Positions 31,875 through 42,112 of a stretch of 42,112 nt of DNA are shown here, piece after piece. Within the stretch, counting starts at the first letter, position 1, and every line of letters begins with the position of its first letter. This DNA comes from Gammaproteobacteria bacterium (GTDB lineage: Bacteria > Pseudomonadota > Gammaproteobacteria > Magnimaribacterales > D2472). The notes beneath the pieces are model-generated. The model was given only the letters and a program-made list of their open reading frames with translations, was not told where the DNA came from and ran no database searches. The position numbers were made by a program, and so were the translations under genes. The stretch lies in assembly GCA_023257795.1 (NCBI GenBank), contig JALRBL010000018.1, positions 1 to 42,112 of the forward strand, in the 5' to 3' direction.

Positions 31875-32143
31875 TTTGCTTTCCTGTCTCCTGAATGCAT
31901 TTTGAATGTTCTAGTTACCGCAAATTCACCTAGCTTATGACCGACCATGTCTTCATTAACAAACACTGGCACGTGTTGTCTGCCATTATGTACTGCAATA
32001 GTTAACCCGACCATTCCAGGAGTAATCATTGACCTTCTAGACCATGTTTTGATTGGTTTTTTGCTATTTTCTGCTATTGCCTGATCCACTTTCTTTTGAA
32101 GCGATAGGTCAACAAATGGCCCTTTCTTTAACGATCTCGGCAT
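31871..32143 (-). CDS. rpsS: 30S ribosomal protein S19
   Basis: [21 protein letters not shown]. Confidence 0.99.
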   Translation of the reverse strand: MPRSLKKGPFVDLSLQKKVDQAIAENSKKPIKTWSRRSMITPGMVGLTIAVHNGRQHVPVFVNEDMVGHKLGEFAVTRTFKMHSGDRKAK

Positions 32144-32967
32144 TATTTTTTACCTCTTCTTCTAACAATTAAGTTATTTGATCTTGTATTCTTTCTTGTC
32201 TTATAGCCTTTAGTTGGTGTTCCCCATGGTGAAACAGGATGTCTGCCACCTGAAGTTTTTCCTTCACCACCACCGTGAGGGTGATCTATTGGGTTCATTG
32301 CAACACCTCTAACAGTTGGCCTTACACCTCTCCAACGCTTAGCTCCAGCCTTACCTATAGATCTAAGATTATTTTCTTGATTAGAAACTACCCCAATGGT
32401 AGCCATGCAAGATGATAGAATTTTTCTCATCTCACCTGATTGAAGCCTTAAAGTAGTATATATACCCTCTTTAGCTACAACCCGTGCTGAAGTTCCAGCA
32501 CTTCTTGCAAGCTGAGCACCCTTTCCAGGCCTCATTTCAACACAATGAACATTAGTTCCAAGAGGAACATACTCTAAAAGCATTGCATTGCCGGGTTTAA
32601 TTTCTGTTTTTTCTGATGCAAAAATAGAATCGCCAATATTTATTTTAGCAGGTGCCAAAATATATCTTCTCTCACCATCGCTGTATTTAATCAAAGCGAT
32701 GTGAGCAGTTCTATTAGGATCGTATTCAATTCTCTCAACTATCCCAGGAACATTTAGTTTATTACGTTTAAAATCAATTATTCTATAGAATTGTTTGTGG
32801 CCGCCTCCCTGATGACGAACAGTGATTCTGCCTTGATTATTTCTACCACCATTCTTAGACTTCTTTTCAAGCAATGCTTTATGAGGCTTGCCCTTATGAA
32901 GATCAGATTTGATTGAGATTACAAACCTTCTACCTGGACTGGTTGGTTTAGCTTTAATGACTGCCAT
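32143..32967 (-). CDS. rplB: 50S ribosomal protein L2
   Basis: [21 protein letters not shown]. Confidence 0.99.
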   Translation of the reverse strand: MAVIKAKPTSPGRRFVISIKSDLHKGKPHKALLEKKSKNGGRNNQGRITVRHQGGGHKQFYRIIDFKRNKLNVPGIVERIEYDPNRTAHIALIKYSDGERRYILAPAKINIGDSIFASEKTEIKPGNAMLLEYVPLGTNVHCVEMRPGKGAQLARSAGTSARVVAKEGIYTTLRLQSGEMRKILSSCMATIGVVSNQENNLRSIGKAGAKRWRGVRPTVRGVAMNPIDHPHGGGEGKTSGGRHPVSPWGTPTKGYKTRKNTRSNNLIVRRRGKK

Positions 32968-33263
32968 TAGTTAATGCCCTCAAATTGAATTTGAGATCCT
33001 TCTTGAAGAGCGACAATTGCCTTTTTATAGTCGGATCGTTTGTACTTCCCAAACTTGTTACGTTTTGTTTTTCCTTTTGAGATACATGTGGTGACAGAGC
33101 GAACTTTGACATTGAATAATGACTCAACTGCTTTCTTAATTTCAAGTTTATTTGCATCCAAGCTAACCTTGAATGCAACCTGATTAAGGCTAGAAGCAAG
33201 CATGCTGCTCTTCTCAGTAACTAAAGGAGCTTTAATAATTGTAAGAAGTCTTTCTCGATTCAC
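32967..33263 (-). CDS. rplW: 50S ribosomal protein L23 (probable GTG start at 33263 overlapping the rplD stop)
   Basis: [22 protein letters not shown]; GAGGAG 8 nt upstream of GTG. Confidence 0.96.
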   Translation of the reverse strand: MNRERLLTIIKAPLVTEKSSMLASSLNQVAFKVSLDANKLEIKKAVESLFNVKVRSVTTCISKGKTKRNKFGKYKRSDYKKAIVALQEGSQIQFEGIN

Positions 33264-33874
33264 TTCATCCACTCCTCAATTAATTTAAAAGCCTCTGGAG
33301 TAACTGCAACTCTCTCAGATCTAAGAAGTAAAACTGGGTTAATTTCTTTAACAGTTACAACTTCAAGATTAGGGATATTTCTCGCAGACAGATATAAGTT
33401 TGTATCTAACTCATCGACAATTATGAGGGTATTTTCGAGTTGAAGCTCTTTAAGATACGATGCCATCAGCTTAGTTTTAGGTTCTGATAACTTTGGAGTT
33501 GATATTGCTAGCAATCTTTCTTGCCTAAGCAATTCAGATAATATAGATCTGATAGCGGCTCTATACATTTTTTTGTTAACTTTTTTAGAATAATCTCTTG
33601 GTGATGAAGCAAATGCTACTCCGCCACCTCTCCACAAAGGGCTTCTAATAGTTCCAGCCCGGGCTCTGCCTGTTCCTTTTTGTCTAAAAGGTTTTTTACC
33701 GCCGCCTCTTACATCGGATCTAGTCTTTTGACTATGACTTCCTTGTCTAGCACCAGATAAAAAAGATGTAACAACTTGATGAACTAAATCAGAGTTGTAC
33801 TCATTGGAAAATATTTCATCAGAAATTTGAATATTTTGTTTTGCGCTATCTTGTGAAAGTAAATCTAATTTCAT
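33260..33874 (-). CDS. rplD: 50S ribosomal protein L4
   Basis: KPFRQKGTGRARAG. Confidence 0.99.
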   Translation of the reverse strand: MKLDLLSQDSAKQNIQISDEIFSNEYNSDLVHQVVTSFLSGARQGSHSQKTRSDVRGGGKKPFRQKGTGRARAGTIRSPLWRGGGVAFASSPRDYSKKVNKKMYRAAIRSILSELLRQERLLAISTPKLSEPKTKLMASYLKELQLENTLIIVDELDTNLYLSARNIPNLEVVTVKEINPVLLLRSERVAVTPEAFKLIEEWMK

Positions 33875-34509
33875 GATTGTGCCTTTTTAACAGCTGGTAT
33901 TACTCTAACAAGTGATCCTGTTGCGCCAGGGATAGCTCCCTTTACAAATAAAAGGTTGTTTTCTAAATCAGCCTTCACTAATTCTAGGCTTTGGACAGTT
34001 TTCTGCACATTGCCCATTTGACCTGACATTTTTTTGCCTTTCCATACTCTGCCAGGAGTTTGACATTGACCTGTGGAACCATGGGCTCTATGTGATAAAG
34101 AGTTACCGTGTGTTGCATCCTGCATTCTGAAGTTATGACGCTTGATTACTCCAGCATAGCCCTTACCTTTAGAGGTTCCAGTTACATCGACATGTGTAAT
34201 ATTTTCAAAAATACTTACATCCATGTGTTTGCCTTGAGGGAATTGATCAAGATTTTCGGTTTTAAACTCTACTAGGTAACCTGGGTCCAAATCAACCTTT
34301 TTAAAAAACTCTTGCTGCGCTTTGTTTAAAGTAGCTTTTCTAAAATAATTTTTTGAAATTAGAACTGATGAATAGCCATCATTTTCAACAGTTTTATGAG
34401 AAGCTACAAAATTTCCAGCTACAGAAATTACAGACACTGGTATGGAGGTTCCATCTTCTTGAAAGACTCTGGACATCCCAGCTTTTTTTCCAATTAAGCC
34501 TATGCTCAA
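33871..34509 (-). CDS. rplC: 50S ribosomal protein L3 (TTG start)
   Basis: GKKAGMS, SKGKG, HGNSLSHRA; AGGAG 6 nt upstream of TTG. Confidence 0.99.
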   Translation of the reverse strand: MSIGLIGKKAGMSRVFQEDGTSIPVSVISVAGNFVASHKTVENDGYSSVLISKNYFRKATLNKAQQEFFKKVDLDPGYLVEFKTENLDQFPQGKHMDVSIFENITHVDVTGTSKGKGYAGVIKRHNFRMQDATHGNSLSHRAHGSTGQCQTPGRVWKGKKMSGQMGNVQKTVQSLELVKADLENNLLFVKGAIPGATGSLVRVIPAVKKAQS

Positions 34510-34520
34510 TTTATACTCCT

Positions 34521-34558
34521 TACGGGGCTCTAACCCTCTATGGCCGCTTATGGCGTTA
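34521..34558 (-). promoter_or_regulatory. Candidate cis-regulatory RNA mimicking 23S rRNA H19-H20 (putative L4-binding operator)
   Basis: UAACGC-CAUAA-GCG-GCCAUAGA-GGG-UUAGAGC-CCC-GUA, a GC-rich island abutting the rplC SD; resemblance to 23S nt ~299-340 judged from memory. Confidence 0.6.
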
Positions 34559-34870
34559 TTAACTTAAACTTATTTGGACATCCACGCCTGATGCAAGATC
34601 AAGCTTCATTAGAGCATCAACCGTTTTATCGGTTGGCTTTAGGATATCCAACAACCTTTTGTATGTTCTAATCTCATATTGATCTCTTGCATCTTTGTCT
34701 TTATGAGGAGAAATCAATATCGTAGTTTTTTCTTTTTTTACAGGAAGCGGTATTGGACCTTTGATCACTGCTCCAGTTTTCTTTGCAGTTTCAACAATCA
34801 ATTTTGTGGAAGAGTCAATTAGACGGTAGTCAAAAGCCTTGAGTCTAATTCTAATTGCTTGGTTTTCCAT
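34559..34870 (-). CDS. rpsJ: 30S ribosomal protein S10 (NusE)
   Basis: [24 protein letters not shown]. Confidence 0.99.
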   Translation of the reverse strand: MENQAIRIRLKAFDYRLIDSSTKLIVETAKKTGAVIKGPIPLPVKKEKTTILISPHKDKDARDQYEIRTYKRLLDILKPTDKTVDALMKLDLASGVDVQISLS

Positions 34871-34904
34871 CTTGCTTCTTGTCTTATATATTTAAAGGTT
34901 GCGT

Positions 34905-34934
34905 ATTCTATGCTTCAACAAAGGCTTATGTCAA
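34905..34934 (-). promoter_or_regulatory. Sigma70 promoter of the S10 cluster
   Basis: Minus strand TTGACA-N18-TAGAAT with A/T tract upstream. Confidence 0.8.
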
Positions 34935-34950
34935 TAAAAAATAAGGGTTT

Positions 34951-37044
34951 CTAAGCAGTTTTCAGTTCTTGCGCTATGTTGTTTGGAACTTCAGCATATT
35001 TAGTAAATTCCATTGAGAAGCTAGCTCTTCCTTGAGTAGCTGATCTAACATCAGTGGCATAACCAAACATCTCTGATAGAGGAACTTCAGAACGCACGAC
35101 TTTACCCGAAGGTATTTCATCCATTCCAAGAATAATACCTCTTCTTCTATTCAAGTCACCAACAACATCACCCATAAACTCTTCCGGTGTGACAACCTCA
35201 ACTTTCATAACAGGCTCTAGTAAAACTGGATTTGCTTTGAGGGCACCTTCTTTAAGAGCCATAGAACCAGCTATTTTAAATGCCATTTCACTTGAATCAA
35301 CATCATGGAATGATCCATCAAAAAGAGTAGCTTTGAGAGCAAGCAAAGGATAGCCTGCGATCACGCCATTTTGCATTTGTTCTTGGATTCCCTTGTTAAC
35401 AGCTGGAATATATTCTTTTGGAATTACGCCTCCAACTATAGCATCAACAAATTCATATTCATCATCTAAACCAAGAGGTTCTAGCTTAAGCCAAACATGG
35501 CCATATTGGCCTCTTCCACCACTTTGTCTAACAAACTTACCTTCAATTTCAACAGATTTTTTTATAGTTTCTCTGTATGCAACTTGAGGTCTACCAATAT
35601 TTGCCTCAACAGAAAACTCTCTTCTCATTCTGTCAACTAGTACGTCTAAATGAAGCTCGCCCATTCCAGAAATAATTGTCTGACCAGACTCTTCATCACT
35701 AGTAACTCTAAAAGAAGGATCTTCTTGAGCAAGTTTTCCTAAGGCAATAGACATCTTTTCTTGATCAGCTTTGGATTTTGGTTCAACGGCAACTGAAATT
35801 ACGGGTTCAGGAAAATCCATTTTTTCAAGGATAATTTGATTATTTGGATCGCATAGTGTATCCCCGGTAGTGATATCTTTTAAGCCAATGCAAGCAGCGA
35901 TATCACCAGCTCTAATTTCTTTAATCTCGTTACGATTATTGGCATGCATTTGTACCATTCTTCCAATTCTTTCTTTTTTATCTTTAGTTGAATTTACTGC
36001 CTGATCTCCAACTTTAACAACACCAGAATAAACCCTTATAAACGTTAGAGTGCCAACAAATGGGTCTGTGGCAATCTTAAAAGCAAGAGCTGAAAATGGT
36101 TCATTGTCCGAAGATGATCTTTGAGAAGTTTTTTCTTCTTTTCCAGGAATAATACCTTTAATTGCTTCAACTTCATCAGGAGCTGGTAAATAATCAATCA
36201 CAGCATCTAATACTGCTTGGACGCCTTTATTTTTAAAAGCTGATCCACAGAATGCTGGAACTATTTCATTGGCAATAGTTCTAATGCGAATGCCTTTTTT
36301 GATGTCATCTATGGATAAATCTCCTGACTCAAGATATTTATCCATGAGCTCTTCATTTGCCTCTGCTGCAGATTCGATCATTTCTTCTCTTAGCTTTTGA
36401 CATGTAGCAATCAAATGCTCTGGAATATCTTTTGCTTCAAAAGTTAACCCTTGATCATCTTCATTCCAATAAATGGCCTTCATCTTAATAAGATCAACAA
36501 CACCCTTAAAATCTTCTTCGGCACCGATGTTATATTGCATAGGGACAACATTTGCCTTCAGCCTATCTTTGATCTGTTGAGTCACTCTTGAAAAATCTGC
36601 TCCAGCTCTATCCATTTTATTTACGAATACAATTCTTGGAACTTTATATCTATTTGCTTGACGCCAAACTGTTTCAGATTGAGGTTCGACACCTGAAGTA
36701 CCACAAAAGACAACTACCGCTCCATCAAGTACTCTTAAAGATCGCTCTACTTCAATGGTAAAATCTACGTGACCGGGAGTATCAATGATATTAATTCTAT
36801 GCTGAGGATATTGTTGCTCCATACCACTCCAAAAACATGTGGTTGCGGCAGAAGTAATAGTGATACCTCTTTCTTGTTCTTGCTCCATCCAATCCATGAC
36901 AGCAGCACCATCATGTACTTCACCAATTTTGTGAGACAACCCTGTATAAAATAGAACTCTTTCAGTGGTGGTAGTTTTCCCAGCGTCAACGTGGGCACAA
37001 ATACCAATATTTCTATACTTATTTAGTTCGGTTTCTCTAGGCAT
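34951..37044 (-). CDS. fusA: Elongation factor G
   Basis: [34 protein letters not shown]. Confidence 0.99.
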   Translation of the reverse strand: MPRETELNKYRNIGICAHVDAGKTTTTERVLFYTGLSHKIGEVHDGAAVMDWMEQEQERGITITSAATTCFWSGMEQQYPQHRINIIDTPGHVDFTIEVERSLRVLDGAVVVFCGTSGVEPQSETVWRQANRYKVPRIVFVNKMDRAGADFSRVTQQIKDRLKANVVPMQYNIGAEEDFKGVVDLIKMKAIYWNEDDQGLTFEAKDIPEHLIATCQKLREEMIESAAEANEELMDKYLESGDLSIDDIKKGIRIRTIANEIVPAFCGSAFKNKGVQAVLDAVIDYLPAPDEVEAIKGIIPGKEEKTSQRSSSDNEPFSALAFKIATDPFVGTLTFIRVYSGVVKVGDQAVNSTKDKKERIGRMVQMHANNRNEIKEIRAGDIAACIGLKDITTGDTLCDPNNQIILEKMDFPEPVISVAVEPKSKADQEKMSIALGKLAQEDPSFRVTSDEESGQTIISGMGELHLDVLVDRMRREFSVEANIGRPQVAYRETIKKSVEIEGKFVRQSGGRGQYGHVWLKLEPLGLDDEYEFVDAIVGGVIPKEYIPAVNKGIQEQMQNGVIAGYPLLALKATLFDGSFHDVDSSEMAFKIAGSMALKEGALKANPVLLEPVMKVEVVTPEEFMGDVVGDLNRRRGIILGMDEIPSGKVVRSEVPLSEMFGYATDVRSATQGRASFSMEFTKYAEVPNNIAQELKTA

Positions 37045-37062
37045 AATGTTTAAAAAATAATA

Positions 37063-37533
37063 TTAAAATCTGAAGTGGGAAAATGCTTTATTAGCTTCAG
37101 CCATCTTGTGAACATCTTCTCTCTTTTTGATAGCAGAACCTCTGCCTTCTGATGCGTCTGATAATTCACCAGCTAATCTTAACGGCATTGACTTTTCAGA
37201 TCTTTTTCTAGCAGCATCAACCAACCATCTCATTGCAAGAGCTTGTCTTCTTGCTGGTCTTACCTCAACGGGGACTTGATATGTAGCGCCACCAACTCTT
37301 CTTGATTTAACTTCAACAACGGGTCCAACAGTCTCTAATGCTTTCTTAAAAACATCAACGGGATCAGTCTTCATTTTTTGATTAATAGTATCGAATGCTC
37401 CATAAACTATATTTTCTGCAACTGACTTTTTTCCATCCTTCATGATGTGATTCATGAACTTAGCAACAATTACATCTTTAAATTTTGGATCTGGTAATAC
37501 TTTTCTTTTTTCTGGACTTCTTCTTCTTGGCAT
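37063..37533 (-). CDS. rpsG: 30S ribosomal protein S7
   Basis: [23 protein letters not shown]. Confidence 0.99.
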   Translation of the reverse strand: MPRRRSPEKRKVLPDPKFKDVIVAKFMNHIMKDGKKSVAENIVYGAFDTINQKMKTDPVDVFKKALETVGPVVEVKSRRVGGATYQVPVEVRPARRQALAMRWLVDAARKRSEKSMPLRLAGELSDASEGRGSAIKKREDVHKMAEANKAFSHFRF

Positions 37534-37535
37534 GT

Positions 37536-37907
37536 CTATTTACCTTTTTTTGCGCCGTACTTTGACCGACGCTGTTTTCTATTAGCAACACCAGAAGTAT
37601 CTAAAGCTCCTCTAACAGTGTGGTATCTGACTCCAGGAAGATCTTTTACCCTTCCACCTCTGATAAGCACAACTGAGTGCTCCTGGAGGTTGTGTCCTTC
37701 ACCGCCAATATATGAAGTTACTTCAAATCCAGAAGTAAGTCTTACCCTGCATACCTTTCTAAGAGCTGAGTTAGGCTTTTTTGGAGTGGTAGTATATACA
37801 CGTGTACAAACCCCTCTTTTTTGGGGAGAGTTTACTAATGCTGGAACATCAGTCTTTCTAGATTTTGGTTTTCTAGGTTTTCTAATTAATTGATTTACTG
37901 TAGCCAT
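37536..37907 (-). CDS. rpsL: 30S ribosomal protein S12
   Basis: [21 protein letters not shown]. Confidence 0.99.
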   Translation of the reverse strand: MATVNQLIRKPRKPKSRKTDVPALVNSPQKRGVCTRVYTTTPKKPNSALRKVCRVRLTSGFEVTSYIGGEGHNLQEHSVVLIRGGRVKDLPGVRYHTVRGALDTSGVANRKQRRSKYGAKKGK

Positions 37908-37924
37908 ACTATTTTGTTGCCGCG

Positions 37925-37953
37925 ATTGTATATAGGTGTTGTATTTTGGTCAA
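37925..37953 (-). promoter_or_regulatory. Sigma70 promoter of rpsL-rpsG-fusA with GC-rich discriminator
   Basis: Minus strand TTGACC-N17-TACAAT followed by CGCGGC. Confidence 0.8.
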
Positions 37954-37955
37954 CA

Positions 37956-40900
37956 TTATTCTTCAGATTCCTGTAACTCTTGCCTAAGAGCTGCTTCAAT
38001 TTCTTCAGCAGTTAACATTGAATCATCATGACCTGCTGATCTTAACTCTTTCATTTTGTTGTGATACTCAAGTCCAGTTCCTGCAGGAATAAGTCTACCA
38101 ACAACAACATTTTCTTTTAAACCTCGTAGTTGATCTATTTTCCCTGTCACTGATGCTTCAGTTAATACCCTAGTTGTTTCTTGGAAAGAAGCAGCTGAAA
38201 TAAAGGAATTAGTTGAAAGAGAAGCTTTGGTAATACCTAACAGCACTCTTTCGAATGAAGCTGGAACTTTTCCATTAGTCTCGGCTTTAGCATTTTCCTC
38301 AACAAGATCAGCATACTCAACTTGATCGCCCTGGATAAACTTAGTATCCCCACCGTCAAGAATCAGAGCCTTTCTAAGCATTTGCCTCAAAATTGTTTCA
38401 ATGTGCTTGTCATTAATTGATACACCCTGAAGTCTATAGACATCCTGAATTTCATTGACAATAAAATTTGTTAATTCAGGGACGCCTCTGAGTCTTAGAA
38501 TGTCATGTGGACTTAATGGGCCGTCTGAAATGATATCTCCTTTTTGAACAGACTCGCCTTCAAAAACCGTCAACGTTCTGTGTTTTGGTATTAACATTTC
38601 TATATTTTGAGACTTTTTAGTGGCTCCTTCTGGGGTAATTACAAGCCTAACCTTTCCTTTAGTTTCCTTGCCAAAAGAAACGATTCCAGATGCTTCAGCT
38701 AAAACAGCTGCATCTTTAGGCTTTCTTGCTTCAAATAAATCAGCAACTCTTGGGAGACCGCCAGTGATGTCTTTAGTTTTAGAGCCCTCCAATGGAATCC
38801 TTGCTAAAACCTCACCAGCTGTAATCTTTGAACCATCTTTAATATTGACTAAAGCTTTTGCAGGAATAGAGTAAACAGCTTGTGTTTTCTTATCTCCAAC
38901 CGTAACAGGCTTACCTTTGCCATCAACTATAGATAAAGAGGGAACGAGGTCTTTGCCCGCAGAAGGTCTTTCTGAAGCATCAATGACCTCAATGCTACTC
39001 AATCCGGTTAGCTCATCAGTTTTAGATCTGACAGTAACTCCATCAATTACATCAGAAAAGGTAATCGTACCTTCAACCTCTGAAATAATAGGTCTAGTAT
39101 ACGGATCCCATGATGCAATACGTTGATCAATATCAACAGCCGCATTATTTGCTACATATAAAGTAGACCCATAAGGAACTTTATGCTTTTCAACAAGTCT
39201 TCCTTGATCATCATGTAATTGAACAATGGTATTTCTTGAAACTACAACTTCTAATTTATCTTTATTAGTTACTGTTCTCATATCATCGGAGAACTCAACT
39301 TTTCCAGCGTTACTAACAACTACGGCATTATCTTCAGAAGAGCTAGATGCTGCGCCACCAATATGGAAGGTCCTCATAGTTAACTGAGTTCCTGGCTCAC
39401 CAATTGATTGAGCTGCTACAACACCCACTGCTTCACCCTTGTGAACCTGGTGACCGCGAGCTAAATCTCTTCCATAACATGAAGAACATACGCCATAAGC
39501 AGCTTCACAAGTCATAGGTGATCTAACTTCTAGTTCTGATAAATTCAGATTTTCAATTAGACCGATAGAATCCTCATCAACCATATGACCAGCAGATAAA
39601 ACTATATCTCCTGCAACATTAACCAAGTCTTTAGCAAGCACCCTACCTAGAATTCTTTCAGTAAGAGGTTGAATAATTTCACCACCTTCGATGATAGAAG
39701 TTAATGAGATACATTGGTCTGTTCCGCAATCCTCTTCAACTACAACGCTGTCCATGGCAACATCGCACAATCTTCTAGTTAGATAGCCTGAATTAGCTGT
39801 TTTTAAAGCTGTATCAGCCAACCCCTTTCGGGCACCATGTGTAGAAATAAAATACTGCAATACTGATAAACCTTCTCTAAAGTTAGCAGTAATTGGAGTC
39901 TCAATAATAGACCCATCAGGTTTTGACATGAGGCCGCGCATTCCGGATAGCTGTCTAATTTGTGCAGGCGATCCTCTGGCACCAGAATCAGCATAAATAA
40001 ATACTGAATTAAATGATGGTTGCTCTACTTCATTACCATCTTTGTCTGTTACCAAGTCTACAGAAATTTTATTCATCATGGCTTTCGCAACTTTTTCATT
40101 AGCTCTTGACCAGATATCAATGACTTTATTATATCTCTCACCCTGAGTAACAAGACCAGTAGAGAACTGAGATTCTATTTGTTTAACTTCTTTCTCTGCT
40201 GCTTCAATGATCGAATGTTTTTCTTCAGGGATTATAAAATCATCTACACCTATAGATGATCCAGAGCGTGTAGAAAAGTCAAACCCAAGGTACATTAATT
40301 GATCAGCAAAGATTACTGTTTTCTTGAGACCAGCTTTTCTATATGAAATATCAATGAGATTGGTGATGGCCTTTTTATCCAAAACCTTATTAACATTGTC
40401 AAAGCCTACTTCAGCAGGGGTAATTCTCCATACCAAGACACGACCTACTGTAGTTTGTTCAACAAAACTTCCTTTGTCAGCATTAACGATTCTAACTTTT
40501 ATTGATGCTTGAAGATCAATAGTTTCTGTTTCAAAAGCTCGTAATACCTCGTCTGGATTAGAAAAAACCCTGCCTTCTCCTTTGGAATTGAACCTATCTC
40601 TTGTCATGTAATAAAGACCAAGAACAACATCTTGAGATGGGTTGATAATAGGAGCACCGTTTGCTGGAGATAGAATATTGTTGGTCGACATCATTAAAGC
40701 TCTGGCTTCAAGTTGGGCTTCGATTGTCAGAGGTACATGCACAGCCATTTGGTCTCCATCAAAGTCAGCGTTATATGCAACACAAACAAGAGGATGAAGT
40801 TGAATTGCCTTTCCTTCAATAAGAATGGGTTCAAATGCTTGAATACCAAGTCTGTGAAGGGTAGGAGCTCTGTTTAGTAAGACGGGATGCTCTCTGATCA

Positions 40901-42112
40901 CCTCATCTAGAATTTCCCAAACTTCTGGTGTTTCTCTTTCAACTAATTTCTTTGCAGCTTTAATCGTGGTAGCAAGCTCTTTTTGCTCAAGTCTTCCGTA
41001 TACAAAAGGCTTGAATAATTCTAAAGCCATCTTTTTGGGCAAACCGCATTGATGAAGTTTTAGATTCGGCCCTGCAACAATTACTGATCGACCAGAATAA
41101 TCAACTCTTTTACCAAGAAGGTTTTGTCTAAATCTTCCTGCTTTACCTTTAATCATATCAGCCAATGATTTAAGTGGACGCTTATTGGTTCCAGTAATAA
41201 CTCTTCCTCTCCTTCCATTGTCAAGCAATGCATCAACACTTTCTTGGAGCATTCTTTTTTCATTGCGAACAATAATTTCAGGCGCACTAAGCTCTAGAAG
41301 TCTTTTTAACCTATTGTTTCTGTTTATAACTCTTCTATAAAGATCATTTAAGTCTGATGTAGCAAATCTGCCGCCTTCAAGAGGGACTAAAGGACGAAGA
41401 TCTGGAGGAAGAACAGGAAGAACATTCATGATCATCCATTCAGGTTTATTTCCAGAATCTTTGAATGCTTCTAAAAGTTTTAATCTTTTAGAAAGTTTTT
41501 TTAGTTTTGTTTCAGAATTAGTTTCTGGAACTTGCTCTCGAATAATCCTAATTTCTTCATCTAAATCTAGCTCTGAAAGTAATTTTTGAACGGCCTCAGC
41601 ACCCATCTCAGCTGTAAATTCATCGCCAAACTCATCAAATGCCTCGATATATTCCTCTTCAGTGAGTATTTGACATCTCTCTAAATCAGTAAGCCCTGGA
41701 TCGGTAACGATATAGCTTTCGAAATATAAAACTCTTTCAATTTCTCTGAGCGTTAAGTCAAGCAATAGACCTATCCTAGATGGTAAAGATTTCAGGAACC
41801 AAATGTGAGCCACTGGAGAGGCTAGCTCTATATGACCCATTCTCTCTCTTCTTACCTTGGCAAGAGTAACCTCTACGCCACATTTCTCACAGACAACGCC
41901 CCTGTGCTTCATGCGTTTGTATTTACCACAAACACATTCATAGTCTTTTACTGGGCCAAAGATTTTTGCACAGAAAAGCCCATCTCTCTCTGGTTTAAAA
42001 GTACGATAATTAATTGTTTCGGGTTTTTTTACCTCTCCAAAGGACCATGACCTAACCATTTGTGGCGAGGCCAATCCTGCAGAGATAGTTGAGAAATCTT
42101 CTTTATTAGATT
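37956..42112 (-). CDS. rpoC: RNA polymerase beta' subunit, 5'-partial (frame open to window edge)
   Basis: NADFDGD catalytic motif, N-terminal zinc finger; upstream codons [12 protein letters not shown] in frame. Confidence 0.99.
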   Translation of the reverse strand, partial: SNKEDFSTISAGLASPQMVRSWSFGEVKKPETINYRTFKPERDGLFCAKIFGPVKDYECVCGKYKRMKHRGVVCEKCGVEVTLAKVRRERMGHIELASPVAHIWFLKSLPSRIGLLLDLTLREIERVLYFESYIVTDPGLTDLERCQILTEEEYIEAFDEFGDEFTAEMGAEAVQKLLSELDLDEEIRIIREQVPETNSETKLKKLSKRLKLLEAFKDSGNKPEWMIMNVLPVLPPDLRPLVPLEGGRFATSDLNDLYRRVINRNNRLKRLLELSAPEIIVRNEKRMLQESVDALLDNGRRGRVITGTNKRPLKSLADMIKGKAGRFRQNLLGKRVDYSGRSVIVAGPNLKLHQCGLPKKMALELFKPFVYGRLEQKELATTIKAAKKLVERETPEVWEILDEVIREHPVLLNRAPTLHRLGIQAFEPILIEGKAIQLHPLVCVAYNADFDGDQMAVHVPLTIEAQLEARALMMSTNNILSPANGAPIINPSQDVVLGLYYMTRDRFNSKGEGRVFSNPDEVLRAFETETIDLQASIKVRIVNADKGSFVEQTTVGRVLVWRITPAEVGFDNVNKVLDKKAITNLIDISYRKAGLKKTVIFADQLMYLGFDFSTRSGSSIGVDDFIIPEEKHSIIEAAEKEVKQIESQFSTGLVTQGERYNKVIDIWSRANEKVAKAMMNKISVDLVTDKDGNEVEQPSFNSVFIYADSGARGSPAQIRQLSGMRGLMSKPDGSIIETPITANFREGLSVLQYFISTHGARKGLADTALKTANSGYLTRRLCDVAMDSVVVEEDCGTDQCISLTSIIEGGEIIQPLTERILGRVLAKDLVNVAGDIVLSAGHMVDEDSIGLIENLNLSELEVRSPMTCEAAYGVCSSCYGRDLARGHQVHKGEAVGVVAAQSIGEPGTQLTMRTFHIGGAASSSSEDNAVVVSNAGKVEFSDDMRTVTNKDKLEVVVSRNTIVQLHDDQGRLVEKHKVPYGSTLYVANNAAVDIDQRIASWDPYTRPIISEVEGTITFSDVIDGVTVRSKTDELTGLSSIEVIDASERPSAGKDLVPSLSIVDGKGKPVTVGDKKTQAVYSIPAKALVNIKDGSKITAGEVLARIPLEGSKTKDITGGLPRVADLFEARKPKDAAVLAEASGIVSFGKETKGKVRLVITPEGATKKSQNIEMLIPKHRTLTVFEGESVQKGDIISDGPLSPHDILRLRGVPELTNFIVNEIQDVYRLQGVSINDKHIETILRQMLRKALILDGGDTKFIQGDQVEYADLVEENAKAETNGKVPASFERVLLGITKASLSTNSFISAASFQETTRVLTEASVTGKIDQLRGLKENVVVGRLIPAGTGLEYHNKMKELRSAGHDDSMLTAEEIEAALRQELQESEE

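Noticed and set aside
833-42050. Many 60-150 aa antisense or alternative-frame ORFs in the track (e.g. 2358-2807, 23897-24238, 11835-12101)
   Set aside because: They lie within or largely over well-conserved genes and show no recognisable motifs; expected shadows of codon bias.

Overview
AT-rich, very gene-dense core-genome region of a streamlined gammaproteobacterium. Pseudomonas-like gene order with minimal spacers suggests a marine SAR86-like lineage (inference only). Left to right: truncated cdsA, uppS, frr, pyrH, tsf, rpsB (t44-type leader); dapB, dnaJ, dnaK, grpE (sigma32 promoter); fur/bamE; ratB, ratA, an NSS transporter and a small membrane protein; smpB, tmRNA, rpsT; obgE, rpmA, rplU; ispB-fabA-fabB; a crotonase and ssb; uvrA; the full S10-spc-alpha ribosomal cluster; fusA, rpsG, rpsL with no tuf; and 5'-partial rpoC. 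I found no mobile elements, CRISPR arrays, tRNAs or rRNAs. The best candidate for something new is the 49-bp rpsJ-rplC spacer. It contains a close sequence and structure mimic of the 23S rRNA H19-H20 (L4/L24-binding) region, placed against the rplC ribosome-binding site, while most E. coli-type r-protein leaders have no room to exist here.
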